Source: Malacoraja senta (lineage: Eukaryota). Taken from it: a stretch of 64,000 nucleotides of DNA. The position numbers were made by a program, and so were the translations under genes. The notes under the pieces are model-generated. The model saw only the letters and a program-made list of their open reading frames with translations, searched no databases and had not been told where the DNA came from. The stretch is from NCBI GenBank assembly GCA_038087875.1, contig CM075994.1, forward strand, positions 3,598,001 through 3,662,000. Reading direction: 5' to 3'. Shown here piece by piece: positions 1-11,884 of this stretch. Within the stretch, counting starts at the first letter, position 1; the number at the start of each line of letters is the position of its first letter.

Positions 1-71
1 TGCATATGCACCAAATTGGTACATCACCATAAAACAAAGCATTTTGAATAAGCCTCTTCCAGGAATTTCAC

Positions 72-377
72 CTTTGAATTCTGTGCCATCAAGTCCCCTG
101 ATGGCTTCCATGGCATCCTCACTCCTCTCCAAATGCACAAAGGCATAATCCTTAACGATATCGCACTCCAGGACCGTCCCATACTCCTCAAATTTGGCCT
201 GCAGTTCCTGGCTGGTGCAACACTGCTTAAGTTACCCACGTGAAGTTTGGTGGACGACTTGGACCCTCCCTTGCTGGCCTCGACATTGATGCAGACGCCA
301 TGCAGCTTATAGTGATGCAGATTCTCAATTGCCTCCTTTGCTGCCTCCCTGTCCTTCATGTGCACAAAGCCATAATT
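72..377 (-). CDS. rbm4: RBM4/lark-like RNA-binding protein, coding exon 2 (rest of RRM1 plus RRM2); apparent 1-bp deletion near 221
   Basis: Translates [52 protein letters not shown], then in a shifted frame [50 protein letters not shown]. Acceptor ttcaacag at 378-385, donor G|gtgaaa at 71. The gene continues beyond the left edge of the window. Confidence 0.93.
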
Positions 378-529
378 CTGTTGAAGGACAAGGACATAGA
401 GGTTACAAATCAAATTAAATCTCTTCCTCCTATACACAAGCAATAGCACATGCATTTGCATTTTACATTCACATCTTGGAAAACAACGACATTATGAGGC
501 CAGGAAATCCTTACCAAGATTCATAAAAA

Positions 530-1031
530 AATAGAAACATACAAATTGGATGCAGGTGTAGCCCATTCGGCCCTTCGAGCCAGCACCGCCATTCAAAACG
601 ATCATGGCTGATCATTCATAATCAGTACCCTGTTCCTGCTTTCTCCCATATCCCTTTATTTCTTTAGCCCCAGAGCTATATCCAACTCTATCTTGAATAC
701 ATCCAGTGAATAGGCCTCCACTGCCTTCTGTGGCAGAGAAATCCACAGATTCATAACTCTCTGGAAAAAGGTTCTCCCCCCTCAGTCCTAAATGGCCTAT
801 CCTTTATTCTTAAACTGTTACCCCCGATTCTGGACTCCCAGAAGGAAAACATTTTTCCTGCAACTAGCTTGTCAATACTTTAGGAATTTTATGTTTCTTT
901 TAGATCCCCTCTCAACCTTCTAAATTCCAGTGAACACAAACCCGGTCGACATACTCTTTCATCACATGTCAGTCTCGCCATCCCGGGAATTAACCTGGTG
1001 AACCTACGCTGCACTCCCTCAATAGCAATAA
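530..1031 (-). mobile_element. CR1/HER1-type LINE 3' fragment (left part, split by a hAT insertion)
   Basis: [16 protein letters not shown]...SLEFRRLRGDL C-terminal RT segment plus TTCTATGT-type tail; continues at 3712. Confidence 0.9.
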
Positions 1032-1214
1032 CAGGCTCTCGCTTAACTTTTTTTCCCTGTTGGCAGCCGGGCAACCTTGACAGCATTTTAGGTTGCCAAA
1101 TGACAGTTTAGGTGTCATTGAAGACGGTTTGCATGACGCGTGTGATAATGTGCTCGGACGAAGTGCGCAGTTACCAGTCGGAATTATGCTCAATGAAGCA
1201 TTCAAATATGATGT

Positions 1215-1430
1215 TCAAGAAGGAACTGCAGATGCTGGAAAATCAAAGGTAGACAAAAATGCTGGAGAAACTCAGCAGGTGCAGCAGCATCTATGGAGCG
1301 AAGGAAATAGGCAACGTTTCAGGCCGAAACCCATCAGTCTGAATAAGGGTTTTGGCCCGAAACGTTGCTTTTTCCTTCGCTCCATAGATGCTGCCGCATC
1401 CGCCGAGTTTCTCCAGCACATTTGTCTACA
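1215..1430. mobile_element. Palindromic Penelope pLTR-derived element with degenerate hammerhead motifs on both strands
   Basis: The two arms are reverse complements (gtagacaaaaatgctggagaaactc... / ...gagtttctccagcacatttgtctac), centred near 1338. Confidence 0.8.
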
Positions 1431-2064
1431 TTCACATATTATTTCTGCTTAAAATAACTCACAAACTAAACTATTCACCAATCAAGACATGATATATACC
1501 ACAATGACATGCAGCAAAATTATAATACAATATCTCAACTCTTTTTACACATTGCAATTGATGCAATTTCTATTAGTTCTTTCCAGTTCCAAACAAAAAT
1601 GTGGTTGGATTATCAGCATATGATCAACCTGCGTCAATAAATCCTGGACCATGGTAACATATATGCTTAACCATACAGACTACAGATTGATGCAAGCATG
1701 TTTTCTGTGAAGGACCGAAAATTACCATGACATGGCCATAGCATGGGTCGTTATTGCTATGGCACCGAAACACTCTGGCTTCCCACATAATTTATCCATA
1801 ACAAAATATACAGGTTGCAAGGAAATTTCTAAAGGCATTTTATGATAATAACTGTTAAAACCGACTATACCCATCTGACAGGTTAAACATTACACTAATT
1901 GACAAGAGATGGCCAAAGGACATAACTGCAGCAAATGTTCTTTTGGTAATATGTTTAAAGGTGTCAAAACAAATAATAATATTGGGAATTAAAACACATT
2001 TGATTACATTCCATTATCAAACATAATCAATGTTTGCTCTGAAGACCATGAAGCACAATAGCGT

Positions 2065-2930
2065 CAGGGGGTGTGTGAATCAGTGCGGGGTGGATAGAGG
2101 GCGGGGGGGGGGGGGGGGTTGAGAAGGCAATCGGTGCGGATGGATGGATTGAGGCAGGTGAATTAGTACGTGTTGGTTGGAGTATGTAAAATTGTGAGGG
2201 GAGAGCACGGGGGATGTCAGTGGTGTTGAATGGGGGGGGATCAGTATGGGATGGATGGGGGGGGGATCAGTATAGGATGAATGGGGGGTTCAGTACAGGA
2301 TGAATGGGGTAGACAGAAATGCTGGAGAAATTCAGCAGGTGAGGCAGCATCTATGGAGCTAAGGAAATAGGCAACATTTCAGGTCGAGACCCTTCTTCAG
2401 ACTGTTCCCCCATTCTCCTTGAATGGGGGGGTTCAGCACAGGATGAATGGGGGGGGTCAGGACAGTGTGGATCGGAGGGTCTATGCAGGATGAAATGGGT
2501 GGTTCAGTACAGGATGAATGAGGGGATCAGTACAGGATGAATGGGGGGTTCAGTACAGGATGCATGAGGGGATCAGTACAGGATGAATGGGGATCGGCAA
2601 AAGATGAATGGGGAGATCACTACAGGATGGATGGGGGATTGGTGCAGCGGTAAATGGAGGGTGGGTCAGTACGGGATGAATGGGATGATCAGTGCAGTAT
2701 GAATGGGGGAGAAGTGCAGGATGGATGGGAAGGGGGGTCAGTACAGATGAATTGGGGACCAGTGTAGGATGGATGGGGGGGGGGGTGGCAGGACAATCAA
2801 TGCGAGGTGGGTAGGGTGATGAATAGATTGGGGGGGTTAGATGGGGAGGGAGCAGAGGGGATGTCAGTGAGGACTGAATAGAGGAGGGAATGGGATCAGT
2901 GCGGGATGGATAGGAGGGGTCCCAGGATAA
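2065..2930 (+). repeat. G-rich degenerate minisatellite (about 21-bp unit GGGGGATCAGTACAGGATGAAT) inside the hAT element
   Basis: Many tandem degenerate copies, interrupted by a pLTR fragment at about 2308-2402. Confidence 0.85.
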
Positions 2931-3711
2931 GAGGGGTGGAGGGGGATGTACAAGAGAGAGAAAGAGGGGGGGAAGGGGCAGAGGAAGTGGGGAGGAAGGA
3001 AGGTCAGCGCTCCTCGGACAACATCGCCCCGCTGCCTTGGCCGTCCCTGTCCAATGCCAAAGTGCCGCCGCCTCCTCCCCTGCTCCGCCAGCCGACAGCA
3101 AGGTGCGGGGCTGAGCGATGCAGCTCTTAGATCCTATAGCTGTAGGATCTTTGGTGCAGCTGCTTCAGACGGCGGAAGGAGACCTCCCTCTCCCTCCCTC
3201 CCTCCCGGCCTCGGCATGCGAGAGGGGTTGGTTTGAAAGCACCGTTAGCGGAGTTGCAAGCAGCGAACGTTATCACGGCGATAGAGCCGCTGATGGCAAA
3301 TCCGCAAAAGGCGCTTTGAAAACACCCCCTCCCACACACCGAGGCCAGGAGGAGGGGGAGGGAGAGGGAGGCCTCCTTCCGCCGGGCTGGGTGCGGGAGG
3401 AGGAGGCGGTGGAGCCGCTGTCGCGGCCGCTGTTTAGGGGCCCGTCATTTGCCCCGACCCTTCGTCACCACGCACCTAGTATCTTTCATCCGCATCAAAG
3501 ATCCTAGAAGAACACAGTCGCCGACCCGAAACGTCAGTTCCTATTCGCCGGAGATGCTGCCTGACCCGCGGTGTTACTCCAGTTTTTTGCGTCTACCGGT
3601 ATAAACCAGTATTTGGGTGCCAAGCCAGGCAAAATGAGTCGGCGTTTAGGTTGCCCGGGGGCACTTTCTGTGGTCAATGGCACCCCGGGCAACCGCTAAT
3701 TTCGAGCCCTG

Positions 3712-4210
3712 AATAATGTCCCTTCCTCAAATTAGGAGACCAAATTGCACACAATATTCCAGGTGTGGTCTCACCAGGACCCGGTACAACTGCAGTAGGA
3801 CTTCCTTGCTCCTAAACTCACATCCTCCTGCAATGAAGGCCAACATGCCATTAGCTTTCTTCACTGCCTGCTGTACCTGCTTGCTTATTTTCAGTGACTG
3901 ATGTACAAGCACACCAGATCTCCTTGCACCTCCTTTTTACTAATCTGGCAACATTCAGATAACTGCCTTCTTGTCATTGCCACAAATGTGGATAACCTCA
4001 CATTTATCCACATTATACTGCATCTGCCATGCATCTGCCACTCACCCAAACTACCTTGCACCCTCATTGCATCCTCCTCGCAGCTCACACTGCTACCCAT
4101 CTTTGTGTCATCCGCAAACGTGGTGATGTTACATTTAATTCCTTTGTCTAAATTGTTCATAAATATTGTAAATCACTGGGTTCCAGCAACGAGCCTTGCT
4201 AGTCACTACT
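3712..4210 (-). mobile_element. CR1/HER1-type LINE fragment (right part of the element split by the hAT)
   Basis: FADDTK RT motif and QVQQAVKKANGML...RPHLEYCVQF. Confidence 0.9.
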
Positions 4211-5184
4211 AGTCCTACCCGTCACTGCTCTCCAAATGCACTGCTATTACAAGCTTGTTCAAGACCAATAGTTTTCCTCATTCACCAGTACCTGCAACAC
4301 TCGACAAGAAGCCTGGTGGGTCCACATTGGCTACAGAAACAAGAGTTCAAAGAAGTTCAAGATGAGTTTATGCACATAAAAAGCAATTTTTTTGACATTA
4401 TTATCAGAATTAGCAATCTCTAAACAAGTATGGATTACTTAGGAAATGACAGTACTGACTTGTTAAAAGCAAATTGTGTCCATCTGACGTGATTTTTTTT
4501 AGTGGAAGTAACAGAGTTGATTGGGAATGTTGACTTCCTCAGGCATTTGATAAGCAGAAATAAGTCTGATCATGTAGATTAAATTCATGGTATTTAACAA
4601 ACTATAGCCAAGTGGAAGAAGGTTGAATATTATAAAACAGTAGTATAAAAGACAGTTTATCCACAAGAATGAAGGAAAGCAGAGAGTGGAGGTTGTCTGG
4701 TGGTGGCGGTGGGATGTTTTCAAGATTAGAGGCTTGTGAGCAGCGGGATTGGTGCTGCGAAATTAGCTGTTTGTCATAGGTATTAATGAGTTTGAATATT
4801 AGTGAAGAAGGTGTCTAATGGTATAAGAGCAGAAAGGTCAACTTAGAAATTGGGTATGGCAGATGGAATTTAACTAGGACAATTGTAAAGTGGGAAATTC
4901 AACCAGGGCAGGATGTAGATGGCAACGGCTGGCACCTGGGGAGTGTGGCTAGATTGGCATGATGGTTCACAGACAGGGTCAAAGTGTGTCTGCTTCTGTA
5001 CTGCACAACACTGACTCTTACAAAGTGAATGGCAAACGAACCACAACAGGAACACAAAGACATATTTTAAAAGAAAGCAAGTGTCTAGGTTGAAGTGTCA
5101 GGGCCAAAATGAAAGCAGATTTAATAGCAAATTTCTGAAAGGAAGGGAATTTGCAAAACTCTGGGTTAGAGAGTCAGACAATGT

Positions 5185-5315
5185 GTCTGAAGAAGGGTCT
5201 CGACCCCGAAAAACGTTGCCATTCCTTCTCTCCAGAGATGCTGCCTCACCCGTTGAGTTACTCCAGCATTTTGTACCTCCGATTTAAACCAGCATCTGCA
5301 GTTCTTTCTTACACA
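5185..5315 (+). mobile_element. Penelope pLTR-derived short element with a hammerhead-like core
   Basis: gtCTGAAGAagggtctcgaccccGAAAaacgtt followed by the family body. Confidence 0.75.
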
Positions 5316-5459
5316 GGAAATTGACTAGTTTGATTACTCTTGGCTAATTCAAATAGCCTCCTAAACAGATAATTTAGATAAACAGATAACAATATACTGT
5401 ACTCAACCCCATTTTACTAGCCCTGTTCACAATAGGAGCCTCTCTCCAGTCAACTTCTG

Positions 5460-5840
5460 AGTTACCAAACTTCTGAATTCTCTGGGGTGGAACCCTCTCC
5501 AAGATAGACGTGAAGCTCACCGTTTCACCTGTTTTTACAAAATGTTAAATGGTCAGCTCGACATAGATTACAAGACCACACCCAAACCAATTAGGAGCAG
5601 ACGAGGGCATTCGATCCAATTTGAGATTCCAGCTACCAAGACAGATGTGTACAGCAATTCGTTCTTCCACCCGCACAATTAAAGCATGGAATAATCTCCA
5701 CCTACTATAGTTACCCAACAGATGCAACTAAATTTAAGGTAGCTCTTTCTTCCCAAAACCCTTTCTGGCTTCACCCCACCCCCCACCACCTCCAGTTTAA
5801 ATTCCATTTGGAATATTTTGGAGGACCAAGAAACCAAGAA
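5460..5840 (+). mobile_element. 3' end of a CR1/L2-group non-LTR element (distinct family)
   Basis: Reads VTKLLNSLGWNPLQDRREAHRFTCFYKMLNG...YSNSFF..RTIKAWNNL with frameshifts; CCAAGAAA repeat tail. Confidence 0.7.
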
Positions 5841-6002
5841 CTATACTCTGTTTCAAGCCACTGAAACGAACCATCAGGATGACCTGAGCTCCCACTCGTG
5901 TGAGGCGCCATCTCTCCTCTCCCTCCTTCAGAGACACAACTTGCACTCGGGGTCCCACTGCCCCGGGGCGACACCGGCCCGAATCCCCGTCCCCGTCCCC
6001 AC

Positions 6003-6107
6003 CTTGATCAGGTCGCACTCGCTGACCGGTCCGTACTTCTCGAACAGGGAGCGGATCTCCTCGACGGTGGTGGGCCGCGACAAGTTGCCCACGAAAATCT
6101 TCACCAT
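6003..6107 (-). CDS. rbm4: RBM4/lark-like coding exon 1 (35 codons, start of RRM1)
   Basis: ATG at 6107, [35 protein letters not shown], then donor AAG|gtgggg at 6002; joins exon 2 in phase 0. Confidence 0.93.
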
Positions 6108-6229
6108 CTTCCTTGTTCTTTTGGAGCGTTTGGAGATGAATAGTGGATAAAGCAGGAGAGGGAGGAAATACGAACTACTGAGCAACAACACAAGTTTAAA
6201 AACAACAAACGCCGGCGACTCTCCGACTC

Positions 6230-6495
6230 GACTCCGCCAACGAGGGCAAAGAAAATGGCGCCGCTTGTCTCCCCGCTCTCTCCTTACGTTTACGCGCTCT
6301 CCTCGCACCCACGCCTCTGATTGGACAACGATCGTGTCGTTCATCACGCCGACTGCGCTGATTGGGTGATACTCAGCGGATGTGTGCTCTGATTGGGCGC
6401 TTGCGCTGTCAACCATCGCAATAGACCCCGCCCCTTGTTGGCCTGCTCGTGCCGGAACCGATCAACAGCGGCCAATCACAGGGGGCGGGAGACCA
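6230..6495 (-). promoter_or_regulatory. CpG-rich TATA-less promoter of rbm4
   Basis: CCAAT boxes (ATTGG at 6320, 6361, 6392; CCAAT at 6472), GC boxes (6426-6434, 6482-6490), ETS-like CCGGAA near 6452 and YY1-like AAAATGGCG near 6252, all just upstream of the ATG exon. Confidence 0.8.
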
Positions 6496-7289
6496 GTATG
6501 GGTTAAAAAAAAAATTTGCAACAGCCACATGTTAAAAATATCTTTTGTGCAGGAAGGAACTGCAGATCAAAGCTACAAACTACAATGATCTTTGCTGCAG
6601 ATGCTGGTTTAAACAGAGGATAGACACAAAAATGCTGGAGTCACTCAGCTGTCTGGAGAGAAGGAATGGGTTGCGTTTCGGGTCGAGACCCTTCTTCAGA
6701 CTCTCTTTTGTCCAGTTTGATCCCAGATAAATGGTCACCCATATGATGTTGAAGTTGAATTTCTTCCCACAGAAAATTATGAATCTCCGGAATTCGCTGC
6801 TCTATTTCAAGTTCAATTTCACTGTAATATACATGAGTATGATATGGTACAGGTACAATGAAAAATCTTGCTTAACCTCTGGAGAGCTATTGTGATGTAA
6901 TCCTTAAATATACTACGGTTAAGAAGGAGGAATCAAAATTAAGGTTAAGAAAGATTAAGTCAAGTCAAATCAAGAGAGTTTATTGTCATGTGTCAGAGAG
7001 AACAATGAAATTCTTGCAGGAATTTTGATTCATGATAAGATGGGGAATCAAACGGCTGTGGGGACAAGGCAAAGTAATTAAAATGAGGTTTCTTAAATTA
7101 CCTGTGATGTACCTGAATGCCAGGTAGACACAAAATGTTGGAGAAACTCCACGCATGAGGCAGCATCTATGGAAAGAACGAATTGGCGATGTTTCGGGTC
7201 GAGACCCCTTTTCAGATTGATTTCAGGGGAGGGGGTAGGTCAAAGAAAGAATGTAGGCGGAGACAGTGGGACTATTGGGAGAACTGGGA

Positions 7290-9812
7290 AGTGGGGGGGG
7301 GGGCAATGAAAATGGAGAGCAAGGGCGACCTGGAGTTGGGGAAGTCAATGTTCATACTGCTGGGTGTAAACGGCTTTGTTAAGACGGACTGACTGGAGGT
7401 GTTCAGCATAATGATCGCCGAGCCTGCGCTTGGTCTCGCTGATGTAGAGAAGTTGACACATGGAACAGCGGATGCAGTAGATCAGTTTCGAGGAGGTGCA
7501 AGTGAACCTCTGCCTCACCTGGAATAACTGTTTGGGTCCATGGATGGAGTCGAGGGGGGAAGGTAATGGGACAGGTGTTGCATCTCCCGTGGTGTAAACT
7601 ACCCAAGCAAAATATGAGGTGCTGTTCCTACAATTTGTGCTGGGCCTCACTCTGACAATTGAGGAGGCCCAAGACAGAAAGGTCAGATTATGAATGGGAG
7701 TGGGAGTTGAAGTGCTGGGCCGCCGGGAGATTAACTTGGTTAAGACGGCCTTAAAGCAAAGTAATGCTCATATTTCATATGCCTGCTGGGAAGAGACCTT
7801 GAAAACACCTGTCTATCAAATCAGGTTATCACTACTGGGGAAAGGCATTATAAACATCAATGTTTATAATTGTTGTTAGCAATACCCCAGGAGTTGGAAG
7901 TAACAATAACAGGGATTGAAGCAGGACTCCTGAAATTATGTTTGCAAACAAGAATATATTGACAGTGGCAATACTCCTGGGAACAGTTTGGAAACAACAT
8001 TGAGTGGGTCTCGTGCAGAACTAGCAGAAACAATGTTTGTAAGCAGCCAATTATGAGTAGGTGCATTACTGCTGGAGACTGTTTGCAAACAGGTGCCGAT
8101 GCCTCAGCAGAGATGCAAATAATCTTCCTCTTGGAGTCCCTTGAGAATGAGGATTATTTGCTTTCACTCCAGTTATGTGATTTTGAGATGGCTGGAATGG
8201 CCTATATGGGAACTCAAGATTCTTCCATGGATGGGGAAGGTGGTGGCTGATCCAGTGTGTGAGTGATCCAGTCCTTACACAGGGTTCTTATGTGTTCACA
8301 GCATCCAACCTTAATGTTCTCAAAGCTAGCAACAGGGAACTGTAGATGCTGGTTTGCAAAATAAGCCATAGACTGCTGGAGTAGCTCAACGGGTCAGGCA
8401 GCACTTCAGAAGAATATGGGTAGGCAACTTTTGGAGGTCTGGACACTTCCAATTGTTTCTTCAGGCTGATTGTGTGTCGGGGGGGGGGGGGGGGGTAATG
8501 AAAATAGAGAGCAAGGGTGACCTGGAGTTGGGGAAGTCAATGTTCATACTGCTGGGGTGTAAACTACCCAAGTGAAATATGAGGTGCTGTTCTTCCAATT
8601 TGCGCTGGGCCTCACTCTGACAATGGAGGAGACCCAGGACAGAAAGGTCAGATTGGGAATGCGAGGGGGAGTTGAAGTGCTGGGCCACCGGGAGATCAGC
8701 TTTGTTAAGACGGACTGACTGGAGGTGTTCAGCATAACGATCGCCGAGCCTGCGCTTGGTCTCGCTGATGTAGAGAAGTTGACACATGGAACAGCGGATG
8801 CAGTAGATCAGTTTCGAGGAGGTGCAAGTGAACCTCTGCCTCACCTGGAAATACTGTTTGGTACCATGGATGGAGTCGAGGGGGGAAGGTAAAGGGACAG
8901 GTGTTGCATCTCCCGTGGTGTAAACTACCCAAGCAAAATATGAGGTGCTGTTCCTACAATTTGTGCTGGGCCTCACTCTGACAATTGAGGAGGCCCAAGA
9001 CAGAAAGGTCAGATTAGGAATGGGAGTGGGAGTTGAAGTGTTGGGCCGCCGGGAGATTAACTTGGCTAAGACGGCCTTAAAGCAAAGTAATGCTCATATT
9101 TCATATGCCTGCTGGGAAGAGACCTTGAAAACACCTGTCTATCAAATCAGGTTATCACTTCTGGGGAAAGGCATTATAAACATCAATGTTTATGATTGTT
9201 GTTAGCAATACCCCAGGAGTTGGAAGTAACAATAACAGGGATTGAAGCAGGACTCCTGAAATTATGTTTGCAAACAAGAATATATCGACAGTGACAATAC
9301 TCCTGGGAACAGTTTGGAAACAACATTGAGTGGGTCTCGTGCAGAACTAGTAGAAACAATGTTTGTAAGCAGCCAATTATGAGTAGGTGCATTACTGCTG
9401 GAGACTGATTGCAAACAGGTGCCTATGCCTCAGCAGAGATGCATATAATCTTCCTCTTGGAGTCCCTTGAGAATGAGGATTATTTGCTTTCACTCCAGTT
9501 ATGTGATTTTGAGATGGCTGGAATGGCCTATATGGGAACTCAAGATTCTTCCATGGATGTGGAAGGTGGTGGCTGATCCAGTGTGTGAGTGATCCAGTCC
9601 TTACACAGGGTTCTTATGTGTTCACAGCATGCAACCTTAATGTTCTCAAAGCTAGCGACAGGGAACTGTAGATGCTGGTTTGCAAAATAAGCCACAGACT
9701 GCTGGAGTAGCTCAACGGGTCAGGCTGCACTTCAGAAGAATATGGGTAGGCAACTTTTGGAGGTCTGGACACTTCCAATTGTTTTCTTCAGGCTGATTGT
9801 GTGTCGGGGGGG
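7290..9812. repeat. Direct tandem duplication (units about 7290-8490 and 8490-9812) containing Penelope GIY-YIG fragments
   Basis: Near-identical ORFs offset by 1326 bp (7403/8729, 7857/9183); copy 1 lacks about 130 bp. Confidence 0.92.
8490..9065 (-). mobile_element. Penelope-like element 3' fragment (GIY-YIG endonuclease); second copy at about 7300-7740
   Basis: FTCTSSKLIYCIRCSMCQLLYISETKRRLGDRYAEH...PVAQHFN...RKLEEQHLIFHLGSLHP..MN. Confidence 0.88.
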
Positions 9813-10006
9813 GGTGTTGGTGGAGAAGAAAGCTGGAAAACAGGAAGGGCAGAACAAAACCTGACAGAACCGTTCCCTCCGCAACTCCCTGGTTAACTTG
9901 TCCCTTCCCACCCAAACCTCCCCCTCCCCAGGTACTTTCCCCTGAAAATGCAAGAGATGCAACACCTGTCCCTATAGCTCCGCCCTCGAATATGTCCAAG
10001 GGCCCC

Positions 10007-10388
10007 TGTAGGAGACATTCATGCTTAGGCTAATTACTGTTAGCATCTTATACTATTTTGTCTAGATATTTCTAGCAGTATTATTTTGAAAGCTTGGGGT
10101 TGGGCTTCTGATACGTAGATGAGCGTTACATATATCATACCAGGGGAGGGTGTGGGCAGATCAGGCGACCAGGCATGGGAGAGAGAATACATTTCTTACC
10201 AGATCACATAGTAAGAATGGAAAGTTACAATTTGTATAAGAACAAAGAGGATCTAGTATGTTCACTTTTTTGTCTGTACAACTACTTCAATAAAGAATCA
10301 ATTAAACTGGAAATAACAACTGGAGGATCTGTTTATTTTTATCGTCTGCGTACGATCACTCGTATCTGCCCGTGTAGTAATGGCAACA
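10007..10388 (+). mobile_element. Possible LTR remnant
   Basis: Starts TGTAG at an abrupt junction with Penelope sequence, contains AATAAA near 10289 and ends near TGGCAACA; no TSD seen. Confidence 0.3.
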
Positions 10389-10419
10389 GAAAGGTGGACA
10401 TTGGAAAAGTTTGAAATTG

Positions 10420-10563
10420 CCATCTATCTATCTATCTATCCATCTATCCATCTATCCATCTATATCTATCAATACCTATCTATATCTATATCAATACCTA
10501 TCCATATCTATTTTCTATCTTCTATATATCTATATCAATCAATCAATCAATCAATCAATCTGA
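10420..10563. repeat. (TCTA)n/(TCAA)n microsatellite, probably the expanded tail of the adjacent retroelement
   Basis: Direct reading. Confidence 0.85.
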
Positions 10564-11190
10564 TTTATTCATCATATACACAACAAAGTGCAGTGAAATG
10601 AACTTGCCAGCAGCGGTACAATCAAAAAGAACACACAATACACTACAAAAATTCAACACAAACATCCACAACAGCATTCTTCACTGTGGTGGAAGGCACA
10701 AAGTATAGTCAGTCCTCCTCCATTGTTCCCCCGTGGTCGGTGCCATAAACCTCCGCCGCTGCAGGCAGCCAGATGCACAGGCCCTCTCGTCTGGAAGGCA
10801 AGTCCAGAATCAGTGCTTCCCCATGTTGTAGGCTGCAGTGCTTCAGGATGTTGTAGGCTGCAGGCCGGCAGTCGGAGCTCATCTCCAGGGATCCCAGGTG
10901 AGGGATCCCGCTCCGGAAGGTAAATCCACGCCGCGCCCGCAGATAGAAGCTCCGCAGACCGCGGCTTCAAGATGTTGTAGGCCGCGGGACGGCGGTCAGA
11001 GCTCATCTCCGGGGATCCCCAATGAGGGATCCCAGGCTCTGGTCACCGCGCCCGCGGTGAGAAGCTCCAAGGACCGCAGCTTCAGGATGTAACAATCCGT
11101 GGGGCAGCGATCGGAGCACTACTTTCTGGCGACCCCGGCATGGGTTCGCCCCGCTACATGATGTAAAAATGTTAACAGCAACTTCAACGT
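10545..11190 (-). mobile_element. GC-rich non-autonomous retroelement (same family as 36380-37278)
   Basis: 3' region matches 37080-37255; internal tandem repeats of about 120 bp. Confidence 0.8.
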
Positions 11191-11884
11191 TGTTGTGCAG
11201 AAAATTAGAGATGAAGTTGCATGCAAAAAATATGGATCTCAATAGACGAGACAACTGATACAGTGGGGAGATGTGTTGCCAATGTGGTCATCGGTACACT
11301 GCAGGCAGGTCAACCATCAAAGGAGTATTTCTTGACATTGGAAAAATTGGAGAAGTCAAAGAGCTCAACTATTGCTCAGTTGTTTACATCTTCACTTGCT
11401 GTACTTTGTACTTAAAGTTCCTGGCGATGTAGGTAAAGACATACAAGGAAAATGTTAGAGGGGAATTTAGCTAACAAAGATCTTGAAGAAATACAAAACA
11501 TAGCTTAAGTTCTCAAAGGTAGTTGTAATGCACAAGATATTGACATGAATATAGAGTTTGTAGCTTGTTTCAGGTATGCACCAGTGACCTCAGCTGGGGT
11601 AGAAAGAAGTTTTTCACAACTGAAGCATATTCTGTCTGACAGACGGCATAGTTTTACACCAGATATTTTGAAAAAAATGCTAGTAATTATGTGCAACCAG
11701 GCAACTTTGGTCATTTAATGTAGTATATACCTTTACATTATCATTTTAAAGCATATTTTGGTGGCGGAAATAAATGCCTTTTTTTTGTCAATTAATGGCT
11801 TTTATCGTGCCTTTTTTGTAATTTTATTATGCACTTTTGCCTGCCTATTTCAGAGATTTTTAGCACCTAATCATCCTGGCTCTG
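11190..11884 (+). mobile_element. Internally deleted CGGBP1-like hAT transposon remnant
   Basis: KIWISIDETTDTVGRCVANVVIGTL followed, after a deletion, by FRYAPVTSAGVERSFSQLKHILSDRRHSF (hAT C-terminal motif); terminus-like ...TCCTGGCTCTG. Confidence 0.8.

Larger units (their letters stand above)
1032..3711. mobile_element. Non-autonomous hAT-like DNA transposon with a 5-bp TSD (hAT5-like)
   Basis: Termini CAGGCTCTCGCTTAAC ... GCTAATTTCGAGCCCTG; AATAA duplicated at 1027-1031 and 3712-3716; cleanly interrupts a CR1; GGGCAACC/GGTTGCC subterminal motifs at both ends. Confidence 0.85.

Noticed and set aside
1600..1800. Possible decayed transposase C-terminus inside the non-autonomous hAT (RSFTENMLASI...HGP on minus)
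   Set aside because: Too degenerate to support without an alignment
5928..6416. 162-aa ORF suggesting an N-terminally extended RBM4
   Set aside because: Its upstream start lies within the promoter motifs; homology begins at MVKIF and the ORF tail is intron read-through
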